64,000 nt of DNA, taken from positions 62,001 to 126,000 of the forward strand of contig JBDOQK010000028.1 of assembly GCA_040437565.1 (NCBI GenBank). Reading direction: 5' to 3'. Under the pieces are notes generated by a model, which worked only from the letters and a program-made list of their open reading frames with translations, did not search any database and was not told the DNA's origin. Positions within the stretch are counted from its first letter, which is position 1. Each line of letters begins with the position of its first letter. The position numbers and the translations under genes are program-made. Shown here one piece after another: positions 34,818 to 46,665 of the stretch. This stretch comes from Albugo candida (taxonomy: Eukaryota).

Positions 34818-35816
34818 GTGTTTTTCGGCAGAAATTTTCTCGACCTACCAGTTCCATTGAACGCCGCCAATGATCACCTGCGTCGCATACAAACTAGCAG
34901 AGCCTTACGTCAGCGAAATAATGCAAAAATGAAGCGCAGGACACATGATGTCGAGACGTCGATTATCGCAGAAACACCACCACCCGCTCCTCACCCAAGA
35001 CCTTCTATTCCTATAGCATTGCTGGACAAATGTAGATCCTCACAGCCAAAGCACAATTCTGACGGAAAGAATACGTCGTTTAATTCATTGACGCAGTCAT
35101 TCACAGATGTCGGACTTTCGCGTCAAACATATCGTATAGAGCGGAGCACTGGGCGGAACTCGAGGAATGTGAATGCATTCATATGTATTGAGGAACCCAA
35201 AATCCGAATTAGAGCATTACACAATCGGAAATGGAGATATCGATCGCGAACAGCCAACCGGATTCTCCTACGGCAAAAGAAAACATTCAGGATAATCAAT
35301 ACAATCAAGCATTCTGCCAACAGACGAGCAATGAGCCATATCAAGAGGACAGCAGAAGTAGATATCTATCGTCATTTAGAGCTCGTGAAGGAATTACTAG
35401 CTGTTCCCAACTCATTTCTCCCTTTCACCGATGATACGTCTGCATTGAACAAGACCAAGTGCGAGTTTGTTCAGACGAATGGATCCACGTCAAGCACCAG
35501 ACCAAGCTGCGAATCAATTTGTAAATCTACAAACCGTCGATATCCACAGCAAACTGTATCCCGGGAGAACGAAGCTGTCGATTACGAGGCAAATGAGGTA
35601 TTTGAATTGGAAAATGCGCTACGAAATGCTTTAACGCATGTTGCATCAACTTCACTCTCGTCGCCGATAAGTACGCCTGATAAGCGTGCGTTATCTAAAC
35701 ATGTTGAAGGAGCTCAAAAACGGGCAGACGATTGGATAAAAACATCCCCAAACAGCCTGCGAACAGCTTTTGTGGAAGCCATGCATGACTTTAAAGTATT
35801 CTTGAGTTCAAAATGA
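34818..35816 (+). CDS. Hypothetical protein, likely terminal exon (5' exons possibly from ATG ~34017)
   Basis: 332-codon ORF with a TTCGGCAG acceptor near its start; basic, low-complexity; upstream GT-AG-like signals unresolved. Confidence 0.5.
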   Translation: MFFGRNFLDLPVPLNAANDHLRRIQTSRALRQRNNAKMKRRTHDVETSIIAETPPPAPHPRPSIPIALLDKCRSSQPKHNSDGKNTSFNSLTQSFTDVGLSRQTYRIERSTGRNSRNVNAFICIEEPKIRIRALHNRKWRYRSRTANRILLRQKKTFRIINTIKHSANRRAMSHIKRTAEVDIYRHLELVKELLAVPNSFLPFTDDTSALNKTKCEFVQTNGSTSSTRPSCESICKSTNRRYPQQTVSRENEAVDYEANEVFELENALRNALTHVASTSLSSPISTPDKRALSKHVEGAQKRADDWIKTSPNSLRTAFVEAMHDFKVFLSSK

Positions 35817-36170
35817 TGTAGTCACCGTGCAAAGCGATCAGTAGACACCGCAGTGATGGAAGACATCTGCATATTTTGGAGTTAGTTTCCCATTATTACT
35901 TCAGTTTTCTCAGACTTTCTCCTCTGCTTATTAGAAATAACAAGCTATAATACTGAGCGCACCGTACACCTCTGCCGATGCTTTGATTTGTTGCACGCAA
36001 CCAAAATAGGATAGAGTACGATTGGCTACTCGCGGCATGTGGCATGCGACACAATAGCCTATCATTTGACTTGAGGGCTGGGTCTATGAAAATTTTAAAA
36101 GCCTTAACTGATACGTTTCCGCTCATCGCCAAAGTTAAAATTGTGCATACAAAATACTCACCATACTCAA

Positions 36171-37163
36171 ATGAAGTCGATCTCTATCACAAAGAAAGAA
36201 ATGCAAGTTCATCGTGATTATATGAACAAGTTCAAGCAAGAGTCAGTGAAAGTTACCGATACAAAATACCAAGACTATTATCAGTTATTAGGACTGGAAC
36301 GAGACGCTTCTCACACAGAGGTACGCTTTCATGAGTGCGATTAAATTGCTTATTCAGTGGGATTATGCCTTCAGATCAAACATGCGTATCGCAAATTGGC
36401 GCTGCTGTATCATCCAGACCGCAATAGCTCAACAGAGGCTGCAGAGCGATGGGAAGGAGTACCAGGTATGTCTGAGTAATTGAGATCCAGATTGACATGG
36501 TAAAGAGCGTCATGTGTAGCTGCCTATTCTGTCATCTCGAATCCAGACGAGAAAGTGGTGTATGACGCTACGTTACCGATCAGAGATGCGCTTTATGAAT
36601 TTTATAAAGCTTATAATCCTGCGAAACTTGATAATGCGACAATTGACACGATTATTGACGGATGGAATGGACGTGAAGTGGAGCTTTTTGAGATGCTTCG
36701 CATCAAGTATGAAGTCGTTCCGCACCAAGGGATTGATAAAACTGCAAAACGAAACTCGGATATGCAGTCAATCAGTCTGACGGAAAAAATTGCATCTGAT
36801 TCAGTCACAAATGACCCCATATTAATACCAGCATCAGCACCGCAATCAGTGGAGTCAAATCAACCAAGTTCATTGGGACTGGTTTTATGCTGTGCTCCAA
36901 CTCTGAAGCGATTTTTCTTCCGCACATACTACGAAGTCGATACCGAAAGTCCAGGTATCTCCCGATTTCGGACTCATTCGGAAACTCCTGGTCAATTTCA
37001 GGTTCTCGATAAGCACGATCCTCGGTCCGATGAAAACGTTACAAAAGAACTGGCGAATGAATGCAAGTTGACGTGCTCCACGACAGATGAGGAGCTTGAT
37101 TCTAACAACAGTTACTCTGGAGAAGATGATCGAAGCCCAACTTGTCCACCGGTGCAAGCGTAA
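36171..37163 (+). CDS. DnaJ (J-domain) protein with small helical YNPxKL module (introns ~36321-36374, 36466-36519)
   Basis: DYYQLLGLERDASHTE|IKHAYRKLALLYHPDRN...|AYSVISNPDEKVVYD with intact HPD motif. Confidence 0.88.
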
Positions 37164-37286
37164 GTGACCTACCATGCTCGGTATTCTTGTTCTCTAGTAT
37201 CAACGTACATAAGCATTCCGCATGTAATGTAATCTACTTTATGTTTCTCCGAACCTAAGAGCGTACCTAAGCACTATCCATTCAAA

Positions 37287-39767
37287 ATGAATCCGCACGA
37301 GAATTTCACATTCTCTAAATCGGCAGAAAATCAGTTGTACCAATCGATCCGCGCTGAAGAATGTGGCAAGAGCAAACACACAGGACGTGACGATCGTGCA
37401 ACATCCGAACAAGTACTCGATCCCCGCACGCGCATGATCTTATTCAAACTTCTCAATCAGCCATTCTTAGCCGAACTTAATGGATGCCTCAGTACAGGGA
37501 AAGAAGCAAATGTGTACCATGCGCGTCTCGTCGACGGTCGAGAAAGCGCTCTGAAGATTTATAAGACGTCTATTTTAGTGTTTAAAGATCGCGAAAAGTA
37601 TGTCACAGGGGAATTTCGATTCCGACATGGATATTGCAAGCGAAATCCACGCAAAATGGTCAAAGTTTGGGCCGAAAAAGAAATGCGGAATCTTCGACGA
37701 TTGTCGAGTGCGGGAATTCACTGTCCGAAACCTATCCTTCTCCGCTCCAATGTTTTGGTTATGGAATTTATAGGCGAAAATGGCTGGCCAGCACCGCGAT
37801 TGAAGGATGCTCAATTGACTTTGGATGAATATGGAGAATGCTATTTGTCATGTGTGAAGATCATGCGAAGGATGTTCCAGCAATGTCGTCTTGTACACGG
37901 AGATTTGAGCGAATACAATCTCTTATACTATCAGAATTGTCTCTATTTCATCGATGTTTCTCAGTCCGTTGAGTCGGACCATCCAATTGCGATGGATTTA
38001 CTGCGTCAAGATTGTCAGAATGTCACCAAATACTTTGCGAAAGAAGGCGTGTCGACAATGCTGATTCCTGAATTGTATGAGTTTATAACCACTGGAGTAT
38101 TGGAAGGCGACGAGGTCGACACGTATTTACAGAAGAAACACGAAGAAATCCTATCACGCCCGCTTACCCGTTTGGACGCTGATAAAGTCGAAGAAGCCGT
38201 ATTTATGAGCACATACATCCCGCGATCTTTAAAAGACATTTTACACACGGAAAAAGAGCAAATCGATTACATTGAAGGCCGTACTGAGAAAACACTCGCA
38301 GATGCCATATCTCGATTAGAAGTCGCCACCGTTGCAGTCAAATGCCGACGTACAGAGAACGTTGAAGGATTAGCAGCAGAGAGCGATACATGGAGCGACA
38401 AAGGCGATGAAGAGCCTCGGACCAGTGATGATGGACTCAATGATACAGATTCTTCAGAATTGGATGACTGTGATCTCGATGAACAGATCGCCGCATTTCG
38501 TGCCGAAAAACGACTGGAACGAGTACGTGTCAAACAACAGGAGAAGGAGGACAAGAAGNNNNNNNNNNNNNNNNNNNNNNNNNNNNNNNNNNNNNNNNNN
38601 NNNNNNNNNNNNNNNNNNNNNNNNNNNNNNNNNNNNNNNNNNNNNNNNNNNNNNNNNNTTTATAAGACGTCTATTTTAGTGTTTAAAGATCGCGAAAAGT
38701 ATGTCACAGGGGAATTTCGATTCCGACATGGATATTGCAAGCGAAATCCACGCAAAATGGTCAAAGTTTGGGCCGAAAAAGAAATGCGGAATCTTCGACG
38801 ATTGTCGAGTGCGGGAATTCACTGTCCGAAACCTATCCTTCTCCGCTCCAATGTTTTGGTTATGGAATTTATAGGCGAAAATGGCTGGCCAGCACCGCGA
38901 TTGAAGGATGCTCAATTGACTTTGGATGAATATGGAGAATGCTATTTGTCATGTGTGAAGATCATGCGAAGGATGTTCCAGCAATGTCGTCTTGTACACG
39001 GAGATTTGAGCGAATACAATCTCTTATACTATCAGAATTGTCTCTATTTCATCGATGTTTCTCAGTCCGTTGAGTCGGACCATCCAATTGCGATGGATTT
39101 ACTGCGTCAAGATTGTCAGAATGTCACCAAATACTTTGCGAAAGAAGGCGTGTCGACAATGCTGATTCCTGAATTGTATGAGTTTATAACCACTGGAGTA
39201 TTGGAAGGCGACGAGGTCGACACGTATTTACAGAAGAAACACGAAGAAATCCTATCACGCCCGCTTACCCGTTTGGACGCTGATAAAGTCGAAGAAGCCG
39301 TATTTATGAGCACATACATCCCGCGATCTTTAAAAGACATTTTACACACGGAAAAAGAGCAAATCGATTACATTGAAGGCCGTACTGAGAAAACACTCGC
39401 AGATGCCATATCTCGATTAGAAGTCGCCACCGTTGCAGTCAAATGCCGACGTACAGAGAACGTTGAAGGATTAGCAGCAGAGAGCGATACATGGAGCGAC
39501 AAAGGCGATGAAGAGCCTCGGACCAGTGATGATGGACTCAATGATACAGATTCTTCAGAATTGGATGACTGTGATCTCGATGAACAGATCGCCGCATTTC
39601 GTGCCGAAAAACGACTGGAACGAGTACGTGTCAAACAACAGGAGAAGGAGGACAAGAAGGAGCGGAAACTTCTAGTCAAAGATGAAAACCGAATCAAACG
39701 ACAATCCAAGATACCCAAGCACGTAAAGAAGCGCCACAAGAAAATCGCTCAGCAAAAACGAGGATAA
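37287..39767 (+). CDS. RIOK1: RIO1 atypical Ser/Thr kinase (true length ~460 aa; 37558-38558 duplicated across gap)
   Basis: DRATSEQVLDPRTRMILFK, STGKEANVYH, KIYKTSILVFKDR, WAEKEMRNL, LVHGDLSEYN, IDVSQSVE; basic tail KIPKHVKKR. Confidence 0.95.
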   Translation: MNPHENFTFSKSAENQLYQSIRAEECGKSKHTGRDDRATSEQVLDPRTRMILFKLLNQPFLAELNGCLSTGKEANVYHARLVDGRESALKIYKTSILVFKDREKYVTGEFRFRHGYCKRNPRKMVKVWAEKEMRNLRRLSSAGIHCPKPILLRSNVLVMEFIGENGWPAPRLKDAQLTLDEYGECYLSCVKIMRRMFQQCRLVHGDLSEYNLLYYQNCLYFIDVSQSVESDHPIAMDLLRQDCQNVTKYFAKEGVSTMLIPELYEFITTGVLEGDEVDTYLQKKHEEILSRPLTRLDADKVEEAVFMSTYIPRSLKDILHTEKEQIDYIEGRTEKTLADAISRLEVATVAVKCRRTENVEGLAAESDTWSDKGDEEPRTSDDGLNDTDSSELDDCDLDEQIAAFRAEKRLERVRVKQQEKEDKKXXXXXXXXXXXXXXXXXXXXXXXXXXXXXXXXXXYKTSILVFKDREKYVTGEFRFRHGYCKRNPRKMVKVWAEKEMRNLRRLSSAGIHCPKPILLRSNVLVMEFIGENGWPAPRLKDAQLTLDEYGECYLSCVKIMRRMFQQCRLVHGDLSEYNLLYYQNCLYFIDVSQSVESDHPIAMDLLRQDCQNVTKYFAKEGVSTMLIPELYEFITTGVLEGDEVDTYLQKKHEEILSRPLTRLDADKVEEAVFMSTYIPRSLKDILHTEKEQIDYIEGRTEKTLADAISRLEVATVAVKCRRTENVEGLAAESDTWSDKGDEEPRTSDDGLNDTDSSELDDCDLDEQIAAFRAEKRLERVRVKQQEKEDKKERKLLVKDENRIKRQSKIPKHVKKRHKKIAQQKRG

Positions 39768-40754
39768 ACATCTAAGCTACACGCATCACCAATTCATTCA
39801 AGTGTATGCAAACCATTCTCCCACTCAACATCACTTCATATATTGTACGACAGACAACACTCCCTTCCACACGAGATGCGCGAAAAGCTTTCCATAAAGC
39901 ATCCATTCCAACACGAGACACGGTGCGTTGTTTGGAAATTCAACAGCTGCACATTCACGAGCATACGTCTATCATCAGAAAAGCGTTAGAGAGCAGTAAG
40001 TACGAAAAAGAGCTTTTGCACTTACCAATGCATTTTGAACAGATTGAGCATCCTTCCACGCGTACATCCAAGCAAGTTTGAAGCCTGCTTCTTGATGCCC
40101 TAAAAGAGCCGCTCGCTTGTAATACTTTGCTGCATTTGGGATATCGGTCGAGCAGATGCCTTCCCATCCATTTGCTACTGGATCCTCATAGCATTGACCC
40201 ACGATCATCATTGCCTCGGTATCATTCAAATCAGCCGCTTGTTGATACAAATTCAAAGCTTCGACGCGGGCGGAGAAAACGTGATTTTCAAACATTTGAT
40301 CCCCAAACTTTTCAAGCACAAAAGCAGCGTTCATCAAAGCCCCTTTAAACCCAAGCTCGCCCATCAGACGATAATTCAGATATGCTCTTCTGTAGTCACC
40401 ATTTTGGTAATTCTCATNNNNNNNNNNNNNNNNNNNNNNNNNNNNNNNNNNNNNNNNNNNNNNNNNNNNNNNNNNNNNNNNNNNNNNNNNNNNNNNNNNN
40501 NNNNNNNNNNNNNNNNNGCATTTCGTGCCGAAAAACGACTGGAACGAGTACGTGTCAAACAACAGGAGAAGGAGGACAAGAAGGAGCGGAAACTTCTAGT
40601 CAAAGATGAAAACCGAATCAAACGACAATCCAAGATACCCAAGCACGTAAAGAAGCGCCACAAGAAAATCGCTCAGCAAAAACGAGGATAAACATCTAAG
40701 CTACACGCATCACCAATTCATTCAAGTGTATGCAAACCATTCTCCCACTCAACA

Positions 40755-43151
40755 TCACTTCATATATTGTACGACAGACAACACTCCCTTCCACACGAGA
40801 TGCGCGAAAAGCTTTCCATAAAGCATCCATTCCAACACGAGACACGGTGCGTTGTTTGGAAATTCAACAGCTGCACATTCACGAGCATACGTCTATCATC
40901 AGAAAAGCGTTAGAGAGCAGTAAGTACGAAAAAGAGCTTTTGCACTTACCAATGCATTTTGAACAGATTGAGCATCCTTCCACGCGTACATCCAAGCAAG
41001 TTTGAAGCCTGCTTCTTGATGCCCTAAAAGAGCCGCTCGCTTGTAATACTTTGCTGCATTTGGGATATCGGTCGAGCAGATGCCTTCCCATCCATTTGCT
41101 ACTGGATCCTCATAGCATTGACCCACGATCATCATTGCCTCGGTATCATTCAAATCAGCCGCTTGTTGATACAAATTCAAAGCTTCGACGCGGGCGGAGA
41201 AAACGTGATTTTCAAACATTTGATCCCCAAACTTTTCAAGCACAAAAGCAGCGTTCATCAAAGCCCCTTTAAACCCAAGCTCGCCCATCAGACGATAATT
41301 CAGATATGCTCTTCTGTAGTCACCATTTTGGTAATTCTCATACGCTTTTGCAAATGAAAACGGATAGCGTTCCAGGATCCCCGAAGATTGTAATGCCACT
41401 CGACGGAAATACCCGATCGCTTCCTCGCACGCATACGGTCCGCCCAATCCCAATTTCTTCATGATTCCAACATTATACACGAGAATGGCCGAAGGCCAAG
41501 TGTCCGCTTCAGCTGCAGCAGTCAAGTGCTTGAGAGCTAATTCGAGGTCTTGCTCCACTGAATCGTCGCCATAGAGATACAAATCGCCAAGAGTGACGTG
41601 TGCTTCCTTGTTTCCATACTTCAAAGCCATTTGCAGGTAATAAATAGCCTTTGTTGCGTTCTTACTTAATGGGCCATATCCTTCCAAGTAAAGCTTCCCA
41701 AGACTGTGCAATGCGTCACTTTGTCCCTGTGAAGCGGCTTCGTGCATGTACTTGACCGATGAATAATCATCTTGCTCTACCCCGGAACCGTGCATCAGCA
41801 ATAATGCATAGGAATATTGAGCGTCAGGATGACCGGCTTGTGCCGCTTGACGAAAGTATCTTGCGGCAACGTCTGTATTTGGTTCGATTCCCGCATTCGC
41901 GTCGCCGAAATAATACGTTTCTCCGAGATATTGTGAGGCAAATGGACTCCACTGATGATTCTGATTTGCAGCCAAAGATCGATAGTATTCAAAAGTGTTG
42001 ACCGCTTCATTATCGACAGCATGTGACAAAGAACTATTATGCTTTTTTTCGGTCATATTTGATGTTTGCTGAGCGCCAAAAAGCCAAGCGAATTGGGATG
42101 CTGCTTTTGTTTGCTGAGAATGAAATCCTTTCCATTCTTTTGATAAGCGAATTTCCATAAATCCATCGCTGTCCACTTTTCTATCGTGTAAATAATACGC
42201 ATTTATAGTAGCCAGTGGCTCCAAATACGATACAACATCCTCGCATGTATTGTTTTCAATTCCTTTGTTTCTCAGAGTCTGATATCCCGCCACGTAAAGT
42301 GACAACGGGTTGCTCACCATCGCATCCGATGCTAAAGAAATAAGCCGACTTTGCGCTGCTCCCCGCTGTGCTGCAGTACTGTCTGTATCAAAGCCGCCAG
42401 CTGCATCAATCAACCCCAGCAGTAGAGACACACTGGATCCCACTACATCTGTCTCCCGTATTTTTCTCACAGATGAGGAGATCACATTTGTGTCATTTTC
42501 TTGATATCCGATGATTTTGGAAAAGTACTTTTGCTGTGGTTCAAATATCTGTATATACGCTAATTCGTGTATTGCCTCGGGATCGTTTGTTTCGTTTGCG
42601 TATTGCACCAATTCCTTAAGAAGAGATTCTGACCAGCCATGCGCATTTTTCTTTCCAATGATCAAACGGAATTTCTTTCGGGATGTGTTATTTGACAATG
42701 ACCCGGTCAATTCTTCTTTGTTGAATACTTTCGACGTCGTCTGAGTCAATTCCGTTGCATTCTCAGCACCTTTGAGACCCAATATATCATATCGAGCACG
42801 CACAGCTTCCAAATAAACCTCTAAAAGTTCATTTTGTTGCGCCGAATTGACGAGATCGATGGTATACATTTCTGATATAAGTGTTTCTATTTCATCGCCA
42901 ATGAAATTTCGAGTAAATTCCGCACTTTGACTCGTATTGGACAAGCTGGCGATATCTCCAAAGAAAATCAGCGAATCGAGTCGATCTTTAATCGAATTAA
43001 ATGAATTTTCAAACGCTTCAGTGTCTGTCTGTGACGCCAACTCGTCTCGCTGATCGATGATCTCGTTTGGTTTGGCTACGAAGGTGGACGCGGTAGCTGA
43101 TACGACTGCAACGAGAACGAGTAGAGGGAGAAAACGTAGAGAACCACTCAT
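40755..43151 (-). CDS. SEL1-repeat ER membrane protein, SEL1L/HRD3-like (intron near 40894-40948; 3' part duplicated at 39831-40417)
   Basis: Signal peptide MSGSLRFLPLLVLVAVVSA; multiple SEL1 repeats (AQYSYALLLMHGSGVEQD, ALHSLGKLYLEG); YRLMGELGFKGALMNAAFVLE; spliced last exon APCLVLEWMLYGKLFAHLVWKGVLSVV hydrophobic tail. Confidence 0.85.
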
Positions 43152-43173
43152 TTGTTGGCTTTTCGTTATGGTT

Positions 43174-43190
43174 GAGAATTGACAAGTGAG
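43174..43190 (-). promoter_or_regulatory. Oomycete INR/FPR core promoter of the SEL1 gene
   Basis: Minus strand reads CTCACTTGTCAATTCTC, ~25-40 nt upstream of ATG 43151. Confidence 0.55.
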
Positions 43191-43617
43191 GAGAAAATGC
43201 TATGCGACTTTGCGTTCAATACATTCAGATTGGTCGAAAAACATGGAAAGACGTCATTTGATCATCATTTAAGGTACATCAAAATTAAAGAGTTTTTGTT
43301 ATCCGTTGCGTGGATAGTAGCTAACGTTTTGCTTAGAGTATGCATACGATTGGACCGTTATGCGAAGGAAAGGCACTGGCTTCAGTGCGAACGTACTGAA
43401 TTACACACTAAAGTAGCTAGATACATGATTTTCGAATGATGTGGGCCAGTACCTTATTACTTTTTGTGGCTGAATTCGCAAGATAATACAGGCCAAGTGG
43501 AGATAGAAAAACGCAAATTTTCAGTTTGCGGAAAGACGGCAATAGTTCCCGCTTTGAGAGCGTCGAAAGTAAGACTAAGTGCGTGATAAAAATGCGCTAC
43601 GATTTCGCAATTTAATA

Positions 43618-44677
43618 TTAGTATTGTGGTGTGCTACTCCTAATCGAATCATGTGAGAGGAAAGAGAGACCGTAGCCTAAAAGAGTGAGGATACAAATCA
43701 GTTGCGCGACAGCAACGGTCTGAACAATATTGAATCGATCCTCTAAAGAAAACGTTAGAGTGTTGGACTGTGATAAACTTTGCAAATTGCACGACGTACC
43801 GCAATTTGAGAGTACAGTGTTTGTCACATCCTTTCGCATGATCTCCGTGCAATATTGATTGCCAAGATCGCGTTGAAGACAGTCATTGACGGTCAAATTT
43901 GGGCAATCAATGAATGACCCGACCACTACGTATACTGAGAAAGCTGCAGCAAAGATAGCCAATGCGATCATTTGGATGCGGAAGGTTTGCTTTCTGCTTT
44001 TGACGGGCTCTAACGATATCTTTGCTGACGATAGCTCGACTTCCTCATTGAAATACCCACTTGAAACAGAATTAACATAAGTGAATCGATAAATTCTCCA
44101 GCTGACATAAGTCTACAACAGAGTGAGCAACGAAAACAACGCACAAGTGGAAACAATCGTACGTTTGTGAAGAGGGCGATTGTCTCAAGACAGAAGAACC
44201 ATTTTGCTGCAGTTCCGTGCACGTGAGGATGAGCCGTACTGAAAATGCTAAGTACCGGCAAGCCAAATGATGATAACACCACACAACTGACAGAAACGTT
44301 GCATAAACGAAATAGGCACTTTTCTTTGTCTCGAATATAAGCCTTTTCGACTAGCTCGTGGATAATACAGCGCTGAATGATCGCATTATAGAACCATACG
44401 ATACACACTGTGATTGCAATTGTAGTTAATCCAGCAACAAAAATGTAATAGGCTGGCGGATCTACAGCGCTATAATCTCATCTTGAACACGTTTGAGAAG
44501 CAGTAATTGCATCAGCTTACCTCGACCAATTTCGGAGAAAAAGGGCCATTTTAAGCCATTTGTGTACTTGTGCGTCACGCGTGCGGTAATATAACACGAA
44601 AGTAGCGTCGTGACTGTGACAACACTAGCGATAATTCCTGACTGCCGGCCATATCGCATAACCCATTCACTGAACAT
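43618..44677 (-). CDS. Frag1/DRAM/Sfk1 (TMEM150-like) multipass membrane protein, ~4 exons
   Basis: WPFFSEIGR|DPPAYYIFVAG; GLPVLSIFST..HPHVHGTAAKWFF; about 6 hydrophobic segments; Cys-rich loop before the last helix. Confidence 0.8.
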
Positions 44678-44965
44678 CCTGCAAGTACAATAATGCGAAA
44701 TTAATGCAGAATCTTCTTACTGGTAGCGTATCTTAATCGTAAATGCCCCTTCCCCTTCATCGAATCATAGAGAAAAGCCAGCTGTCAACTGGTGCACGTT
44801 TCTTCCCGACAAGCTACGTGGAACAAATAAGCATCTGGTCGGAAAAGTATCAAAAAGAATGGACGTTCGAGTGCGATGGTAGCCCACATATATCACTGAG
44901 CTAATTGTATATGACCAGTCTCGTCATTTTGTGGAAAAGGTTGCGCCTTTTAAACAAGTGGCCTC

Positions 44966-45690
44966 ATGTCCTCCTTTACTGGTACATGAATCGCTTCTAC
45001 TTGATCGTACCACCTACTTATTGATTGAGTTGGGCAGAAAACGCATCCTTCGAACCCGAAATCGCTGAATCGATCGAGGATGAGATCTTTAGTGCCAATG
45101 TCGGATTGGAAAATGATAAAATCACCAAATATGACGCCAAATTGGCTGATTGCAGGACTTATTAATTGATTCTCAATTTGTTGGCTTGCAACAAGATTTC
45201 TGTCTGAATCACTGCGGTAAGTGGATTATCGAAACATAGAGATCAAATGGTAGACAGAGTGGTTCGGTTGCAGAGATTTTTGAAAATAAATGCGAAAACA
45301 AACTCATTTACTCTCAGATTTTCCAGCAGTACACTGATCTCATCGGTAGGCATGCGAATTACATTGCACGTAATCGTCCTTACACTTTTGAAATGCAACA
45401 GAGAACTTTATTCAGTGTCGGCTTGCTGAAAGAATTGAGGGCTTTTCGATGAATGAGCTTACAATGCAATTGGAGGAACATGAAGACGAAATAACCGATG
45501 ACATTGTCGATATGCTGCTCAGTTTCTCGGATTTTGAAGAGTTCAAAAATCTGATGTTATCGTACAAGCAGAATGAAACACCTTCTTTTGAAGGTACGGC
45601 CATTTGCATGCGCTCTTTGAGATTGAGAAATGAGATCTTGCTCTTTGCATAGTTCAAGGCGGTGCGCTCCTCTCTGGTATACCGTCATAA
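44966..45690 (+). CDS. ARL2BP: ARL2-binding protein (BART domain), ~5 exons, apparent 1-nt frameshift near 45149
   Basis: LQDLLIDSQF..LQQDFCLNHC|EIFENKCENKLIYSQIFQQYTDLI|ENFIQCRL..RIEGFSM...HEDEITDDIVDMLLSFSDFEEFKNLMLSYK, joined by GT-AG introns. Confidence 0.8.
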
Positions 45691-46665
45691 TGAAACTACT
45701 GGATTGACACGAGCTCAACTTATGCGGCTATACATGTCTTCCTGCCCTTTCGACTCTGGGTGCAATGCATTTCTAATCGCCAGGGTGCTTGTCTATTGAA
45801 AATAATATCCTCTAGCATTTTGTTGCACATCGGGATTTTTAAAATGATACGACTTTGAGGTCCGGTTTTCTAACTCGATCCGTATGGGGGACCTTGGAAT
45901 AAAAGATAAATGGCGGGCCACATACGCTGTTTAAATAGCACGACTCGAGTCATAGTGTTATGAGAAAGGCCTTCATCAAGGCAAAAACTTGTCACTTTCG
46001 GACCTGTGAGGATACCTTCAACCCACTTCTTGAACGTTTGTGTGTCATAATCCACACCCATACAGTAATCAGATAAAAAACCTTCGCACTTATACGTTTT
46101 TAAACTGAGAAAATTAGATAAATCGTGTAAATATAAAGGTGGCAAATGGTAAAATTCACAATACAGTATGACTCTGAGGTTGGCGATGAGTGGACAATTT
46201 AGATACATTGCATAAGAGATTGTAAAAGGAAACCATGTACTTAACAAAACATGTAAAGTCGAGCTGATACGGGACCTAGTAAATAGTGATTTAGGAAAAA
46301 GGCACGACGTGAATAACGTATGTCGTACTATCTCGATTATAATTATATAATTATAAGGTTTTAATAAAGGGACCGTGAAGCATTTTCATTCAATTATAAA
46401 ATGATGTAGCCATTATGGTTCATGCACTTCTTTTTAGCTTTGTGAAATATATGTGTAATCACTATAGATCTCATCTATTGATCAAGCTTCATTTATTTCG
46501 ATACAAATAACACATCAATATAATGTCTTTTTGTCGATGTTTGCTTTCTTTCTTTTCGGTAGATACCATCATTTTGCCTTTGAAATTCCCATCCACCAAT
46601 CGAACATATTTTAAAGTACGATACCGTACTTACGGTAAATACGATGTCAAACCATTCAATCCGAA

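Noticed and set aside
37287-39767. 826-aa RIO1 with two tandem kinase domains
   Set aside because: The second copy appears identical to 37558-38558 and starts right after a 100-N gap; unmerged contig overlap.
45147-45149. In-frame TGA as selenocysteine in ARL2BP
   Set aside because: It does not restore the upstream frame, the position is not a conserved Cys, and no SECIS was evident.
45870-46360. 125-aa AT-rich minus ORF and 20-bp AT palindrome near 46338-46357
   Set aside because: No good start, signal peptide or domain; the palindrome is low-complexity A/T.
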